64,000 nucleotides of DNA, taken from assembly GCA_963764715.1 (NCBI GenBank), contig CAVXTP010000003.1, positions 96,001 through 160,000 of the forward strand, read 5' to 3'. The notes beneath the pieces are model-generated. The model was not told the origin of the DNA. It ran no database searches and saw only the letters and a list, made by a program, of their open reading frames with translations. A program made the translations under genes and the position numbers. Origin of the DNA: an uncultured Acidobacteriota bacterium. GTDB taxonomy: Bacteria > Acidobacteriota > Thermoanaerobaculia > UBA5066 > Gp7-AA6. This document shows, one piece after another, positions 20,279-28,559 of this stretch (its first letter is position 1; the number at the start of each line of letters is the position of its first letter).

Positions 20279-20283
20279 CTGGT

Positions 20284-21063
20284 TTACGGCATGACCTGCC
20301 CGCCGTCGGCCACGATGGCCTGGCCCGTGATCGAGCGGGCGTCGTCCGAGGCGAGGTAGGCGGCCAGGCCTGCGATCTCCTCGGGGTCGAGGACGCGCTT
20401 GAGCGGCGCCATGGCGGCGGCCGTGGCGCGGCCGGCCTCGACCGAGCCGAACCGCGCGAAGCCCTGCCTCGCCATCTCGGTTTCGACCCAGCCCGGACAG
20501 ATGGCGTTGACCGTGATCTTCCGGGGTGCGAGCTCCAGGGCGAGGGCCCGTGTCAGGCCGATGACGCCGTGCTTGGACGCGCAGTACGCGCCATACCCGG
20601 CCACGCCGAAACGGCCGAGCACGGAGGAGAGGTTGATGACCCGCCCGCCGTCGGAAAGGTGCGGCGCCGCAATGCGCGTGACCCGGAAGACGGCCGTCAG
20701 GTTGGTCGCGAGGATCGCGTCCCAGCGGGCCTCGTCCCCGTCCTCGAGGGGCGTCGCGCCTCCGAGCCCCGCGTTGTTGACGAGGACGTCGAGGCGACCG
20801 AACGACCCGACGGCGCCGGCGACCGCGTCCCGCACCGAGGCCCCGTCGGTCACGTCGCAGGGGACGGCCAGCGTTTCGGCCCCTCCGGCCGCGAGCTCGG
20901 CGGCGATCGTCCCGATCGCCCCTCCGTCGCGCGCCGCGAGGACCACCCGCGCGCCCTCCCCGGCGAACCGGCGGGCGATGGCCTCGCCGATGCCCCGGGA
21001 GGCGCCCGTGACGAACGCGACTTTTCCCTTCAGCCGCGCGGCTCCCGGCGTTCCCGTCCCCAT
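20284..21063 (-). CDS. SDR family oxidoreductase
   Basis: TGASRGIG, NNAG, YCASK, 'VNAICPGWVET'. Confidence 0.9.
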   Translation of the reverse strand: MGTGTPGAARLKGKVAFVTGASRGIGEAIARRFAGEGARVVLAARDGGAIGTIAAELAAGGAETLAVPCDVTDGASVRDAVAGAVGSFGRLDVLVNNAGLGGATPLEDGDEARWDAILATNLTAVFRVTRIAAPHLSDGGRVINLSSVLGRFGVAGYGAYCASKHGVIGLTRALALELAPRKITVNAICPGWVETEMARQGFARFGSVEAGRATAAAMAPLKRVLDPEEIAGLAAYLASDDARSITGQAIVADGGQVMP

Positions 21064-22049
21064 CAGCGCCGCGCCGGCAGCCGCGCTCCGGAGACCTCGG
21101 GCGGCAGCGGGAAGTGGACGTCCTCCTCGACGGTCAGGACCTCCTCGATCTCCACGACGCCGGGCCCGCCGAGCCGGCGGACGATGCCCTGGACCAGGAA
21201 CTCCGGCGCCGAGGCGCCCGAGGTGATTCCCAGGGTCTCGATGCCCTCGAGCCAGCCGAGGTCGATCTCCGCGACGTCGTCGACGAGATAGGCGCGGGCG
21301 CCGGCGAGGACCGCCTCCTCGACCAGGCGGTTGGAGTTCGACGAGTTGCGCGAGCCGACGACGAGGATGACGGGGGCCCTCTTCGCGAGCGCCCGCACGG
21401 CGACCTGCCGGTTCTGCGTGGCGTAGCAGATGTCGTCCCTGGCGGGCACGTGGATTCCGGGAAAGCGCCGCTTGAGCGTCTCGACGATCGGGCGCGTGTC
21501 CTCCATGGACAGGGTCGTCTGGGTGATGAGCGACACGCGGTCCGGGTCGGCCACGGCGATCGCCTCGGCGTCGGCCACCGAGGAGACCAGGCGGATCCGG
21601 CCGGAGGCCTCGCCCATCGTCCCCTCGACCTCCTCGTGGCCGGCGTGCCCGACGAGCAGGATGTCGTAGCCGAGCCGCGCGAAGCGAATCGCCTCCAGGT
21701 GCACCTTCGTCACGAGGGGGCAGGTCGCGTCGATGACCTTGAGCCCCCGCTCGACCGCCGCGGCGCGGACCGCGGGCGAGACGCCGTGCGCCGAGAAGAC
21801 GACCGTCGCGCCGTCGGGCACCTCCGTCAGCTCGTCCACGAATCGCACGCCGCGGGCCTCGAAATCCTTGACGACGTGCCGGTTGTGCACGATTTCCTTG
21901 CGGACGTAGACGGGCGCGTCGAAGCAGTCGAGCGCGAGGTCCACGATCTCGACGGCGCGCACGACGCCCGCGCAGAAGCCCCGCGGCGCGGCGAGCAGGA
22001 TGCGTCGGATGGAGGTGGGAGGGACGGCCGTTTCCGAGGGCGGAGTCAT
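21063..22049 (-). CDS. ispH: 4-hydroxy-3-methylbut-2-enyl diphosphate reductase
   Basis: 'PRGFCAGV', 'IVHN', 'SAHG', 'DATCPLV', 'DDICYATQNRQ', 'NSSNS', 'SGASAP'. Confidence 0.96.
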   Translation of the reverse strand: MTPPSETAVPPTSIRRILLAAPRGFCAGVVRAVEIVDLALDCFDAPVYVRKEIVHNRHVVKDFEARGVRFVDELTEVPDGATVVFSAHGVSPAVRAAAVERGLKVIDATCPLVTKVHLEAIRFARLGYDILLVGHAGHEEVEGTMGEASGRIRLVSSVADAEAIAVADPDRVSLITQTTLSMEDTRPIVETLKRRFPGIHVPARDDICYATQNRQVAVRALAKRAPVILVVGSRNSSNSNRLVEEAVLAGARAYLVDDVAEIDLGWLEGIETLGITSGASAPEFLVQGIVRRLGGPGVVEIEEVLTVEEDVHFPLPPEVSGARLPARR

Positions 22050-22062
22050 GAGGGGCGCGATT

Positions 22063-22242
22063 CTATCGTCCCGGCTTGCCCCCCCGCCCGTTCGTCCGGA
22101 TCTCGGCGGGGTCCTCGCGCCGCTCGCGCAGGAAGAGCGAGCGCTCCAGCCCGCACTCGGCGCAGTAGCGCTCCCCCGTCTCGGCCTCGCGCGGGCAGGT
22201 CTCGTTGGCGCAGCGGCGCGGCGTCGTCTCGTTCTCGGTCAT
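22063..22242 (-). CDS. Small (59 aa) Cys4 putative zinc-ribbon protein
   Basis: ATGA overlap with TetR stop; MTENETTPRRCANETCPREAETGERYCAECGLE. Confidence 0.6.
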   Translation of the reverse strand: MTENETTPRRCANETCPREAETGERYCAECGLERSLFLRERREDPAEIRTNGRGGKPGR

Positions 22243-22868
22243 CGCTTGTCCCCTTTCTCGCCGGACGGCGCGAGCAGGTAGTGGAGCAGCTCCCGCTCGC
22301 AGCGCTCCCGGTAGGCGTTGAAGGTCGCTTCCGGGTCCCGTTCCGAAAGCCACTGCATCATCAGTCCGTCGAAGATGGCCCGCATGGTGGAGCCGGCCTC
22401 CTTCGGATCCCTCAGCGCGAAGATGCCCCGGCGCATGCCTTCCTCGACGATGCTCCCGTCGATCTGGCGGCAGCCCGCGTAGAAGCGCTCGTTGACCTCG
22501 CGGAACGCCTCCCGCCGCGCGGCGAGGCCGCAGAAGTCCACGAAGGCCCGGAAAAAGGCGCGGTTCTTGGACGGCGAGGGGAAGATGAGCGCGACGAGCG
22601 CCCGGACCCTGGCGACCGGGTCCGGCTCCTTCGCGACGGCCTCGCGCATCCGGTCGTGGATCGAGTCGATGAGCCAGGAGAAAAGCTCGCGGAAGAGGTC
22701 TTCCTTCGAGTCGAAGTAGTACAGCGTCACGCCCTTCGAGACGCCCGCCCGGCGCGCGATGTCGTCGAGCGTGACCTCGGAAAACCCCTTCTCCGCGACC
22801 TCGCGGAAAGCGGCCTTCAGCAGGGTCAGCCGGCGCTCGGGCTCGGGCGAGGCGGCGAGGCGCGTCAT
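22239..22868 (-). CDS. TetR/AcrR family regulator (BetI-like C-terminus)
   Basis: 'AAFREVAEKGFSEVTLDDIARRAGVSKGVTLYYFDSKEDLF' HTH. Confidence 0.92.
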   Translation of the reverse strand: MTRLAASPEPERRLTLLKAAFREVAEKGFSEVTLDDIARRAGVSKGVTLYYFDSKEDLFRELFSWLIDSIHDRMREAVAKEPDPVARVRALVALIFPSPSKNRAFFRAFVDFCGLAARREAFREVNERFYAGCRQIDGSIVEEGMRRGIFALRDPKEAGSTMRAIFDGLMMQWLSERDPEATFNAYRERCERELLHYLLAPSGEKGDKR

Positions 22869-22876
22869 GGGCAGGA

Positions 22877-22906
22877 ATCCTAACTGACCAGTCAGTCAGG
22901 AGTCAA
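22877..22906 (-). promoter_or_regulatory. sigma70-like promoter of tetR (TTGACT-18-TAGGAT) containing palindromic operator CTGAC-N6-GTCAG (22884-22899)
   Basis: Read directly; the palindrome lies between -35 and -10, as expected for TetR autorepression. Confidence 0.65.
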
Positions 22907-22956
22907 GGCGATGCGCCGGGGCCGGCTGAAGCCTCGTTTTCCCATAGACTTGCGAT

Positions 22957-23202
22957 GTGAAGATCCGGCTGCTCCACTTCGCCTCCTTCCGCGACGCCGT
23001 GGGCCGCGAGGAGGAGTCGCGCGAGGTCGCCGACGGAGCCCGGGTCGAGGACCTCTGGTCGACGCTCTGCCGGGAAGTCCCCCTGTTCGCCCGATTCCCC
23101 GCCATGCCCCCGGCCGCGGTCAACCGGGAGTACGTCCCGCCGGGGACCCGGCTCTCCGAAGGCGACGAGGTCGCCTTCCTCCCGCCGGTCGCCGGGGGCT
23201 GA
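22957..23202 (+). CDS. moaD: Molybdopterin synthase sulfur carrier subunit
   Basis: 81 aa, 'LHFASFRDAVG', C-terminal 'DEVAFLPPVAGG'. Confidence 0.92.
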   Translation: MKIRLLHFASFRDAVGREEESREVADGARVEDLWSTLCREVPLFARFPAMPPAAVNREYVPPGTRLSEGDEVAFLPPVAGG

Positions 23203-23207
23203 CGGCC

Positions 23208-23618
23208 GTGTTCGTCACTTCCTCTCCGATCGACCTCCCGTCCTTTCTCGCCGAAGCGCGGGCGAGCGACGGCGCCCTCTGCCTCTTCATCGGCGTCGTC
23301 CGCAACGAGCACCAGGGGCGCGCGACGATCTCGATCGAGTACCAGGCCTACGGCCCGATGGCGGAGTCGGAGTTCGCGAAAATCGCGGAAGGCCTCGAGC
23401 AGGAGTTCCCCGCGGTGAGCGTGCGGATGCAGCACCGCGTCGGCCGCCTCGCCGTCGGGGACGCCTCGGTCGCCATCGCGGCGGTCTCGCCGCACCGCGC
23501 CGAGGCCTTCGCCGCCTGCCGCGCCGCGATCGACCGGATCAAGACGACCGTGCCGATCTGGAAGAAGGAGTTCCATCCGGACGGCTCGAGCGACTGGGTC
23601 GATCCGACGAGGCCTTAG
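23208..23618 (+). CDS. moaE: Molybdopterin synthase catalytic subunit (start GTG 23208 or CTG 23199)
   Basis: 'GALCLFIGVVRN', 'IEYQAYGPMA', 'HRVGRL', 'SPHRAEAF', 'VPIWKKE'. Confidence 0.92.
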   Translation: MFVTSSPIDLPSFLAEARASDGALCLFIGVVRNEHQGRATISIEYQAYGPMAESEFAKIAEGLEQEFPAVSVRMQHRVGRLAVGDASVAIAAVSPHRAEAFAACRAAIDRIKTTVPIWKKEFHPDGSSDWVDPTRP

Positions 23619-23636
23619 ACGTATACTGGAACCGCG

Positions 23637-24584
23637 ATGAGCGGCCGGGCGGCGCACCTCGCCCTGTGGACCGGCGTCCTGCTGATGATCGTCCGCGTGT
23701 CGGGCGCGCAACAGGTCCTGTACGGCGGCAACCAGTGGCTGCAGGTGGAATCCGCCAATACGGGCTGGCTCGTGCGCGTAGACCCGGAGACCGGCGCCTC
23801 GACTCCGATCGGGAAGCCGGCGGGTGTGGCTCGACTATCGGGTCTGGCGTTCGACGAGGCCGGAACGCTGTGGGCGTCGACCGTCACCGGAACTCCTTCC
23901 GGCACGCTGCGCACCAGCACCCTCATCACGCTCAATCCTGCCGACGGATCCCTGCTTTCGACGATCGGCCCGATCCTCGACGGCCCCGGCGGAGCGCCGA
24001 TGGGCATCGAAAGCCTCGCCATCCAGCCGGGCACGGATGCCCTCTTCGGAACGCGGGGCATCTCCGACCAGAATCTCGTTCACGCGGCCGACATCTATCG
24101 CATCGACAAGGCGACCGGAGTGGCCACCCTGTACATCGACAACAACAACGCCAACAGGGAATCCTCGATCGCGTTTGCGCCCGACGGCTCGCTCTATCAG
24201 ACGGTGTCGACCTGCTGCGCGGTCTTCGGCGGTAATCCCCGGTTCCAGATCCTCGAGCCGTCCTCGGGTGCCGTCCAGAAGACCTGGCCCGCCCCGAAGT
24301 ACTTCAAGGCGCTGGCGGTGGGGGAAGACGGAGTTCTCTTCGGGGCCGCCCCGAAAGACATCCTCGGAACCGACGTCTCGGAGCTCTACCGGATCGACCC
24401 GGGAACGGGCGTCGCCGACCTGATCGGCGAAACCGGCCACAATCCGATCGGCGCGCTCGTCTTCGGACCGAATGCCGCGCCGTCCTGCACGCTCGACGAC
24501 TCGTGCTCCGAGCCGAGATCCCCCGTCCTCCGGACCGGCGCCGAGCACCCCGGCCCGCGCGGGGTCGTCCGGCCGCCGCCCTGA
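23637..24584 (+). CDS. Secreted hypothetical protein, probable beta-propeller
   Basis: Signal peptide; repeated 'L..(I/V)DP.TG.A..IG' and 'LAF...G.L(W/Y/F)' blades. Confidence 0.7.
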   Translation: MSGRAAHLALWTGVLLMIVRVSGAQQVLYGGNQWLQVESANTGWLVRVDPETGASTPIGKPAGVARLSGLAFDEAGTLWASTVTGTPSGTLRTSTLITLNPADGSLLSTIGPILDGPGGAPMGIESLAIQPGTDALFGTRGISDQNLVHAADIYRIDKATGVATLYIDNNNANRESSIAFAPDGSLYQTVSTCCAVFGGNPRFQILEPSSGAVQKTWPAPKYFKALAVGEDGVLFGAAPKDILGTDVSELYRIDPGTGVADLIGETGHNPIGALVFGPNAAPSCTLDDSCSEPRSPVLRTGAEHPGPRGVVRPPP

Positions 24585-24664
24585 CGCACGCCTCGTTTCG
24601 TTCGGCGTCGCCGTCTCGACTTCTCCTCGCGAACGCCGCGCGTCCGATGCCACAATAGCCGCGC

Positions 24665-26023
24665 ATGTCCCTGGCGAAAGTCATCGGTCCGGACATCGAG
24701 GAGCTGATCCGCGACCATCCGGAACAGCTGCCGGCGGCGCTCGCGAACATTCACCCGGCCGACATCGCCGAGCTCCTCGACGACCTTCCGCGCGAGGACC
24801 GCCTCGTTCTCTTCGAGGCGTTGCCCGTCGAGCAGGGCGCCGCGCTCCTCTCCGAGCTCAAGGGCGAGACGCTCCGCCTCGTCCTCCACAGCGCCTCGCC
24901 GGCGAAGCTCGGCTCGATGCTCGACCGGCTCCCGGCCGACGAAGTCACCTTCCTCCTCGAGCACCTGACCCAGCGCCAGCGCGAGGCGATCCTCGCGAAG
25001 ATGTCGCCGCGCGACGCCGCGGAGGTCGAGCGCCTCCAGCGCTACCCGCCGCAGACGGCGGGCCGCATCATGACCGAGAAGTTCGCCAAGATCCGGCCCG
25101 ACTGGACCGCGGCGGAGACGCTCGATCACCTCAAGCGCATCGACCCCGAGGTCGAGACCGTCCAGAGCCTCTACGCCGTCGACGACGCCGGCCGGCTCGT
25201 CGGGTACGTCGCGCTGCGCAAGCTCTTCCCCGCCCCGCCGGACCGGAAGATCTCCGACCTGATGGAGCGGCGCCTCCTCACCGTCCGCTCCGACGCCAGC
25301 CAGGAAGAGGCGGCGAGGCTCGTCTCCAAGTACGACGTGCACGCGATCCCCGTCATCGACGCGGACAACAAGCTGCTCGGAATCATCACCGTCGACGACG
25401 TCATCGACATCCTGATCGAGGAGCAGACGAAAGACGTCCTGCACCTCGGCGGCGTCTCGGCCACCGAGGAGGAAGTCGAGCAGGGCTACTTCGCCTCGAA
25501 GCCGTGGAGGAACGTGCGCCTGCGATTCAACTGGCTGCTCCTCCTCTTCGTGACCGAGACGCTCACGGGCACGGTGCTCCGGCACTACGAGGACGAGATC
25601 GCGAAGGTCGTCGCCCTTTCCTTCTTCATCCCGCTCCTGATCGGCACGGGCGGCAACTCCGGCTCCCAGACGGTCACGACCATCGTCCGCGGCCTCGCCG
25701 TCGGCGAGATCCGGCTGCGGGACTTCGCGCGGGTCCTGGCGCGCGAGGGCGGCAGCGGCCTCGCCCTCGGGATCCTCCTCGGGTTCGTGGGGTTCGGCCG
25801 CGCCCTGCTCTGGGGCTCGACGACGCCGCTCGCCATGACCGTCGGGGTCTCGATCCTCGTCATCTGCACCTGGGCGAACACGGTCGGCGCGATGATCCCC
25901 ATGCTCGCCACCGTCTTCAAGATCGACCCGACGGTGATGTCCGCGCCCCTGATCGCGACCCTGGTGGACGCGACCGGCCTGATCATCTATTTCACGATCG
26001 CCAAATCGTTTCTGGGGCTGTAG
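24665..26023 (+). CDS. mgtE: Magnesium transporter
   Basis: 'HPADIAE', CBS pair, 'GIITVDDVID', 'LIGTGGNSGSQT', 'IDPTVMSAPLIATLVDATG'. Confidence 0.95.
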   Translation: MSLAKVIGPDIEELIRDHPEQLPAALANIHPADIAELLDDLPREDRLVLFEALPVEQGAALLSELKGETLRLVLHSASPAKLGSMLDRLPADEVTFLLEHLTQRQREAILAKMSPRDAAEVERLQRYPPQTAGRIMTEKFAKIRPDWTAAETLDHLKRIDPEVETVQSLYAVDDAGRLVGYVALRKLFPAPPDRKISDLMERRLLTVRSDASQEEAARLVSKYDVHAIPVIDADNKLLGIITVDDVIDILIEEQTKDVLHLGGVSATEEEVEQGYFASKPWRNVRLRFNWLLLLFVTETLTGTVLRHYEDEIAKVVALSFFIPLLIGTGGNSGSQTVTTIVRGLAVGEIRLRDFARVLAREGGSGLALGILLGFVGFGRALLWGSTTPLAMTVGVSILVICTWANTVGAMIPMLATVFKIDPTVMSAPLIATLVDATGLIIYFTIAKSFLGL

Positions 26024-26032
26024 GACGGGTCT

Positions 26033-26187
26033 GGGGTCAGGTCTTCATTTTTCGGCTCTCGGAAACAGTGAGCGACGGCAGAAAAATGAAGACCTGACCC
26101 CGCTTTGCCTTTTTTCGGCTCTCGGAAACAGTGAGCGACGGCAGAAAAATGAAGACCTGACCCCGCTTCGCCTCCTGCCTCCTGCCT
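26033..26187. repeat. REP-like palindrome GGGGTCAGGTCTTCATTTTTC/GAAAAATGAAGACCTGACCCC with a 63-bp-period tandem duplication, followed by a CCTCCTG heptamer tract
   Basis: 21-bp perfect inverted repeat 26033-26053/26081-26101; 26048-26105 repeated at 26111-26168. Confidence 0.85.
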
Positions 26188-26225
26188 TTGATACCATCCC
26201 CCGCTCGATCAAGCATGGAGGCCTC

Positions 26226-27062
26226 ATGAGCACACCCGCCAAGACCCGCGACTGGACGAGCCCGGAGCTCGACCACCCCGTCATCAACTACCGCGCCGCC
26301 GACGGCATCGCGGTCATCGAGATCGACGATCCGCCCGCCAACACCTACACCTACGCGATGAACCGCCAGCTCGACGAGGCGATCCTCAAGGCCCGCTTCG
26401 ACGACGACGTCCACGTCCTCGTGCTGCGGGGCAAGGGCGACCGCTTCTTCTCGGCCGGGGCGAACATCGGCATGCTGAACGCCGTCTCGCCCGGCTTCAA
26501 GTACTTCTTCTGCCTGCACGCCAACGAGACGCTGCTGCGCCTCGAGCACACCCCGAAGCTCGTCATCGCGGCCCTCAACGGCCACACCGTCGGAGGCGGC
26601 CTCGAGATCGCGATGGCCTGCGACCTCCGGATCGCCCGCAAAGACGCGGGCAAGATCGGCCTGCCGGAGGTCACCCTGGGCGTCCTTCCGGGCACGGGCG
26701 GCACGACGCGACTGACCAAGATGGTCGGCAAGTCGAAGGCGATCGAGCTCATGATCACGGGCAACACCTTCTCCTTCGAGGAGGCGCTCGAGATGGGCAT
26801 CGTCAACCAGGTCATCGACGCGACGCCCGAGGAGTGGTGGGAGCAGGTCATGGACTACGCCCGCCAGTTCGTGCCGCCGAACAAGGCCTCGAAGGCCGTG
26901 GGTCGCATCAAGCGGTCGGTCAATGCCTCCTGCGACCTCCCGATCGAGTCGGCGCTGGCCGTCGAGCGCGAGCTCCAGCAGCTCCTCTTCCAGAGCGACG
27001 ACGCGAAGGAAGGCATCGCCGCCAACCAGGAGAAGCGGGTGCCGAAGTTCAAGGGGAAGTGA
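26226..27062 (+). CDS. Enoyl-CoA hydratase/isomerase family protein
   Basis: 'FFSAGANI', 'GGGLEIAMACDLR', 'GLPEVTLGVLPGTGGT'; SD GGAGG. Confidence 0.9.
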   Translation: MSTPAKTRDWTSPELDHPVINYRAADGIAVIEIDDPPANTYTYAMNRQLDEAILKARFDDDVHVLVLRGKGDRFFSAGANIGMLNAVSPGFKYFFCLHANETLLRLEHTPKLVIAALNGHTVGGGLEIAMACDLRIARKDAGKIGLPEVTLGVLPGTGGTTRLTKMVGKSKAIELMITGNTFSFEEALEMGIVNQVIDATPEEWWEQVMDYARQFVPPNKASKAVGRIKRSVNASCDLPIESALAVERELQQLLFQSDDAKEGIAANQEKRVPKFKGK

Positions 27063-28507
27063 GTCCCCTGAAGACCGAGCTCTTCATCGACGGGAAGTTT
27101 TCTCCCGCCGAATCCGGAAAGACGTTCCCGACGGTCAATCCCGCGACCGGCGAGACGATCGCCGAGGTCGCCGAGGCCGGCACGGCGGACCTCGACCGGG
27201 CCGTCGCGGGCGCCCGCAAGGCCTTCGCGTCCGGGCCGTGGGCCGCGATGAAGCCCCGGCAGCGCGGCCGGATCCTCGTCCGCGCGGCCGAGCTCCTGCT
27301 CTCGCGCGCCGACGAGTTCGGGAAGGTCGAGACGCAGGACAACGGCAAGCCCATCTTCGAGTCCGCCAAGATCGACATGCCGGCGGCCGCCGAGTGCCTC
27401 GCCTACTTCGGCGAGTCCGCCGACAAGCTCTACGGCGACACGCACCCGGGCCGGCCCGACGCGTTCCTGATGACCGTGCGCGAGCCCGTCGGGGTCGTCG
27501 GCGCGATCACGCCCTGGAACTTCCCGCTCCTCCAGGCCATGTGGAAGATCGCCCCCGCGCTCGCGCTCGGCAACGCCGTCGTCCTCAAGCCGGCGTCCGC
27601 GACCCCGCTGACGGCCCTCCTCTTCGCCGAGCTCCTGACCGAGGCGGGCCTGCCCCCCGGCGCCTTCCAGGTCGTTCCGGGGCCCGGCGCCCTCGTCGGC
27701 CAGGCCATGGCGGAGCACCCCGGCATCGACAAGATCTCGTTCACCGGCGAGACCGAGACGGGCAAGTCGATCCTCCGGGCCGCCGCCGGGACGGTCAAGC
27801 GCGTGTCCATGGAGCTCGGCGGCAAGTCTCCCAACGTCGTCTTCGCCGACGCCGACCTCGACGCCGCCGCCCGGGGCGCGATCAACGCGATCTTCTACGG
27901 GAAGGGCGAGCTCTGCTCGGCGGGCTCGCGCCTGCTCGTCGAGGCGTCGATTCACGACGCGCTCATGGAGAAGGTGGTCGAGCGGGCGAAGAAGATGGCC
28001 CCGGGCGACCCGATGGACCCGAAGACCCGCCTCGGCGCCCTCGTCTCCGAAAAGCAGCGCGACAACGTGGCGCGCTACGTCGAGGCCGGAAAGAAGGACG
28101 GGGCGAAGCTCGTCGCCGGGGGGAACCGCGCCTCGGTCAACGGGAAGGGCGCGTTCTTCGAGGCGACCGTCTTCGACGGCGTGACGCCGCAGATGACGAT
28201 CGCTCGCGAGGAGATCTTCGGCCCCGTCCTCGCGACCCTCACGTTCGAAGGCGAGGAGCAGGCCGTGACGATCGGCAACTCCACGATCTACGGCCTCGCC
28301 GCGGCGGTCTGGTCGAAGGACATCAAGAAGGCGCTCCGCACCGCGAAGGCGCTGCAGGCCGGCACGGTCTGGATCAACGCCTACAACCTCTACGACCCGG
28401 GCCTGCCCTTCGGCGGCTACAAGGAATCGGGCTTCGGCCGCGAGCGCGGAAGGTACGCCCTCGAGGAATACACGCAGGTCAAGAGCATCTGGGTGGATCT
28501 GACGTAG
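27059..28507 (+). CDS. Aldehyde dehydrogenase
   Basis: GTGA overlap; 'ITPWNFP', 'ISFTGET', 'MELGGKSP', catalytic 'GELCSAG', 'EEIFGP'. Confidence 0.93.
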   Translation: MSPLKTELFIDGKFSPAESGKTFPTVNPATGETIAEVAEAGTADLDRAVAGARKAFASGPWAAMKPRQRGRILVRAAELLLSRADEFGKVETQDNGKPIFESAKIDMPAAAECLAYFGESADKLYGDTHPGRPDAFLMTVREPVGVVGAITPWNFPLLQAMWKIAPALALGNAVVLKPASATPLTALLFAELLTEAGLPPGAFQVVPGPGALVGQAMAEHPGIDKISFTGETETGKSILRAAAGTVKRVSMELGGKSPNVVFADADLDAAARGAINAIFYGKGELCSAGSRLLVEASIHDALMEKVVERAKKMAPGDPMDPKTRLGALVSEKQRDNVARYVEAGKKDGAKLVAGGNRASVNGKGAFFEATVFDGVTPQMTIAREEIFGPVLATLTFEGEEQAVTIGNSTIYGLAAAVWSKDIKKALRTAKALQAGTVWINAYNLYDPGLPFGGYKESGFGRERGRYALEEYTQVKSIWVDLT

Positions 28508-28514
28508 AACTCCT

Positions 28515-28556
28515 CCCTCTCCATCCTTCGGGGGGAGAGGGCCGGGGTGAGGGGGG
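28515..28556. repeat. REP-like element CCCTCTCC...GGAGAGGGCCGGGGTGAGGGG
   Basis: Hairpin plus GGGGTGAGGGG tail, a widespread intergenic palindrome type; its 3' end abuts the SD region of the next gene. Confidence 0.6.
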
Positions 28557-28559
28557 AGA

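Noticed and set aside
22911-23618. MoaD-MoaE fusion via frameshift
   Set aside because: MoaD ends properly in GG-stop, and MoaE starts separately in another frame with a normal coupling overlap.
26033-26168. Repeat-spacer-repeat pattern suggesting a mini CRISPR array
   Set aside because: The 'spacers' are identical, the arms are inverted, there are only two units and no cas genes. Better explained as a REP-like palindrome with a duplication.
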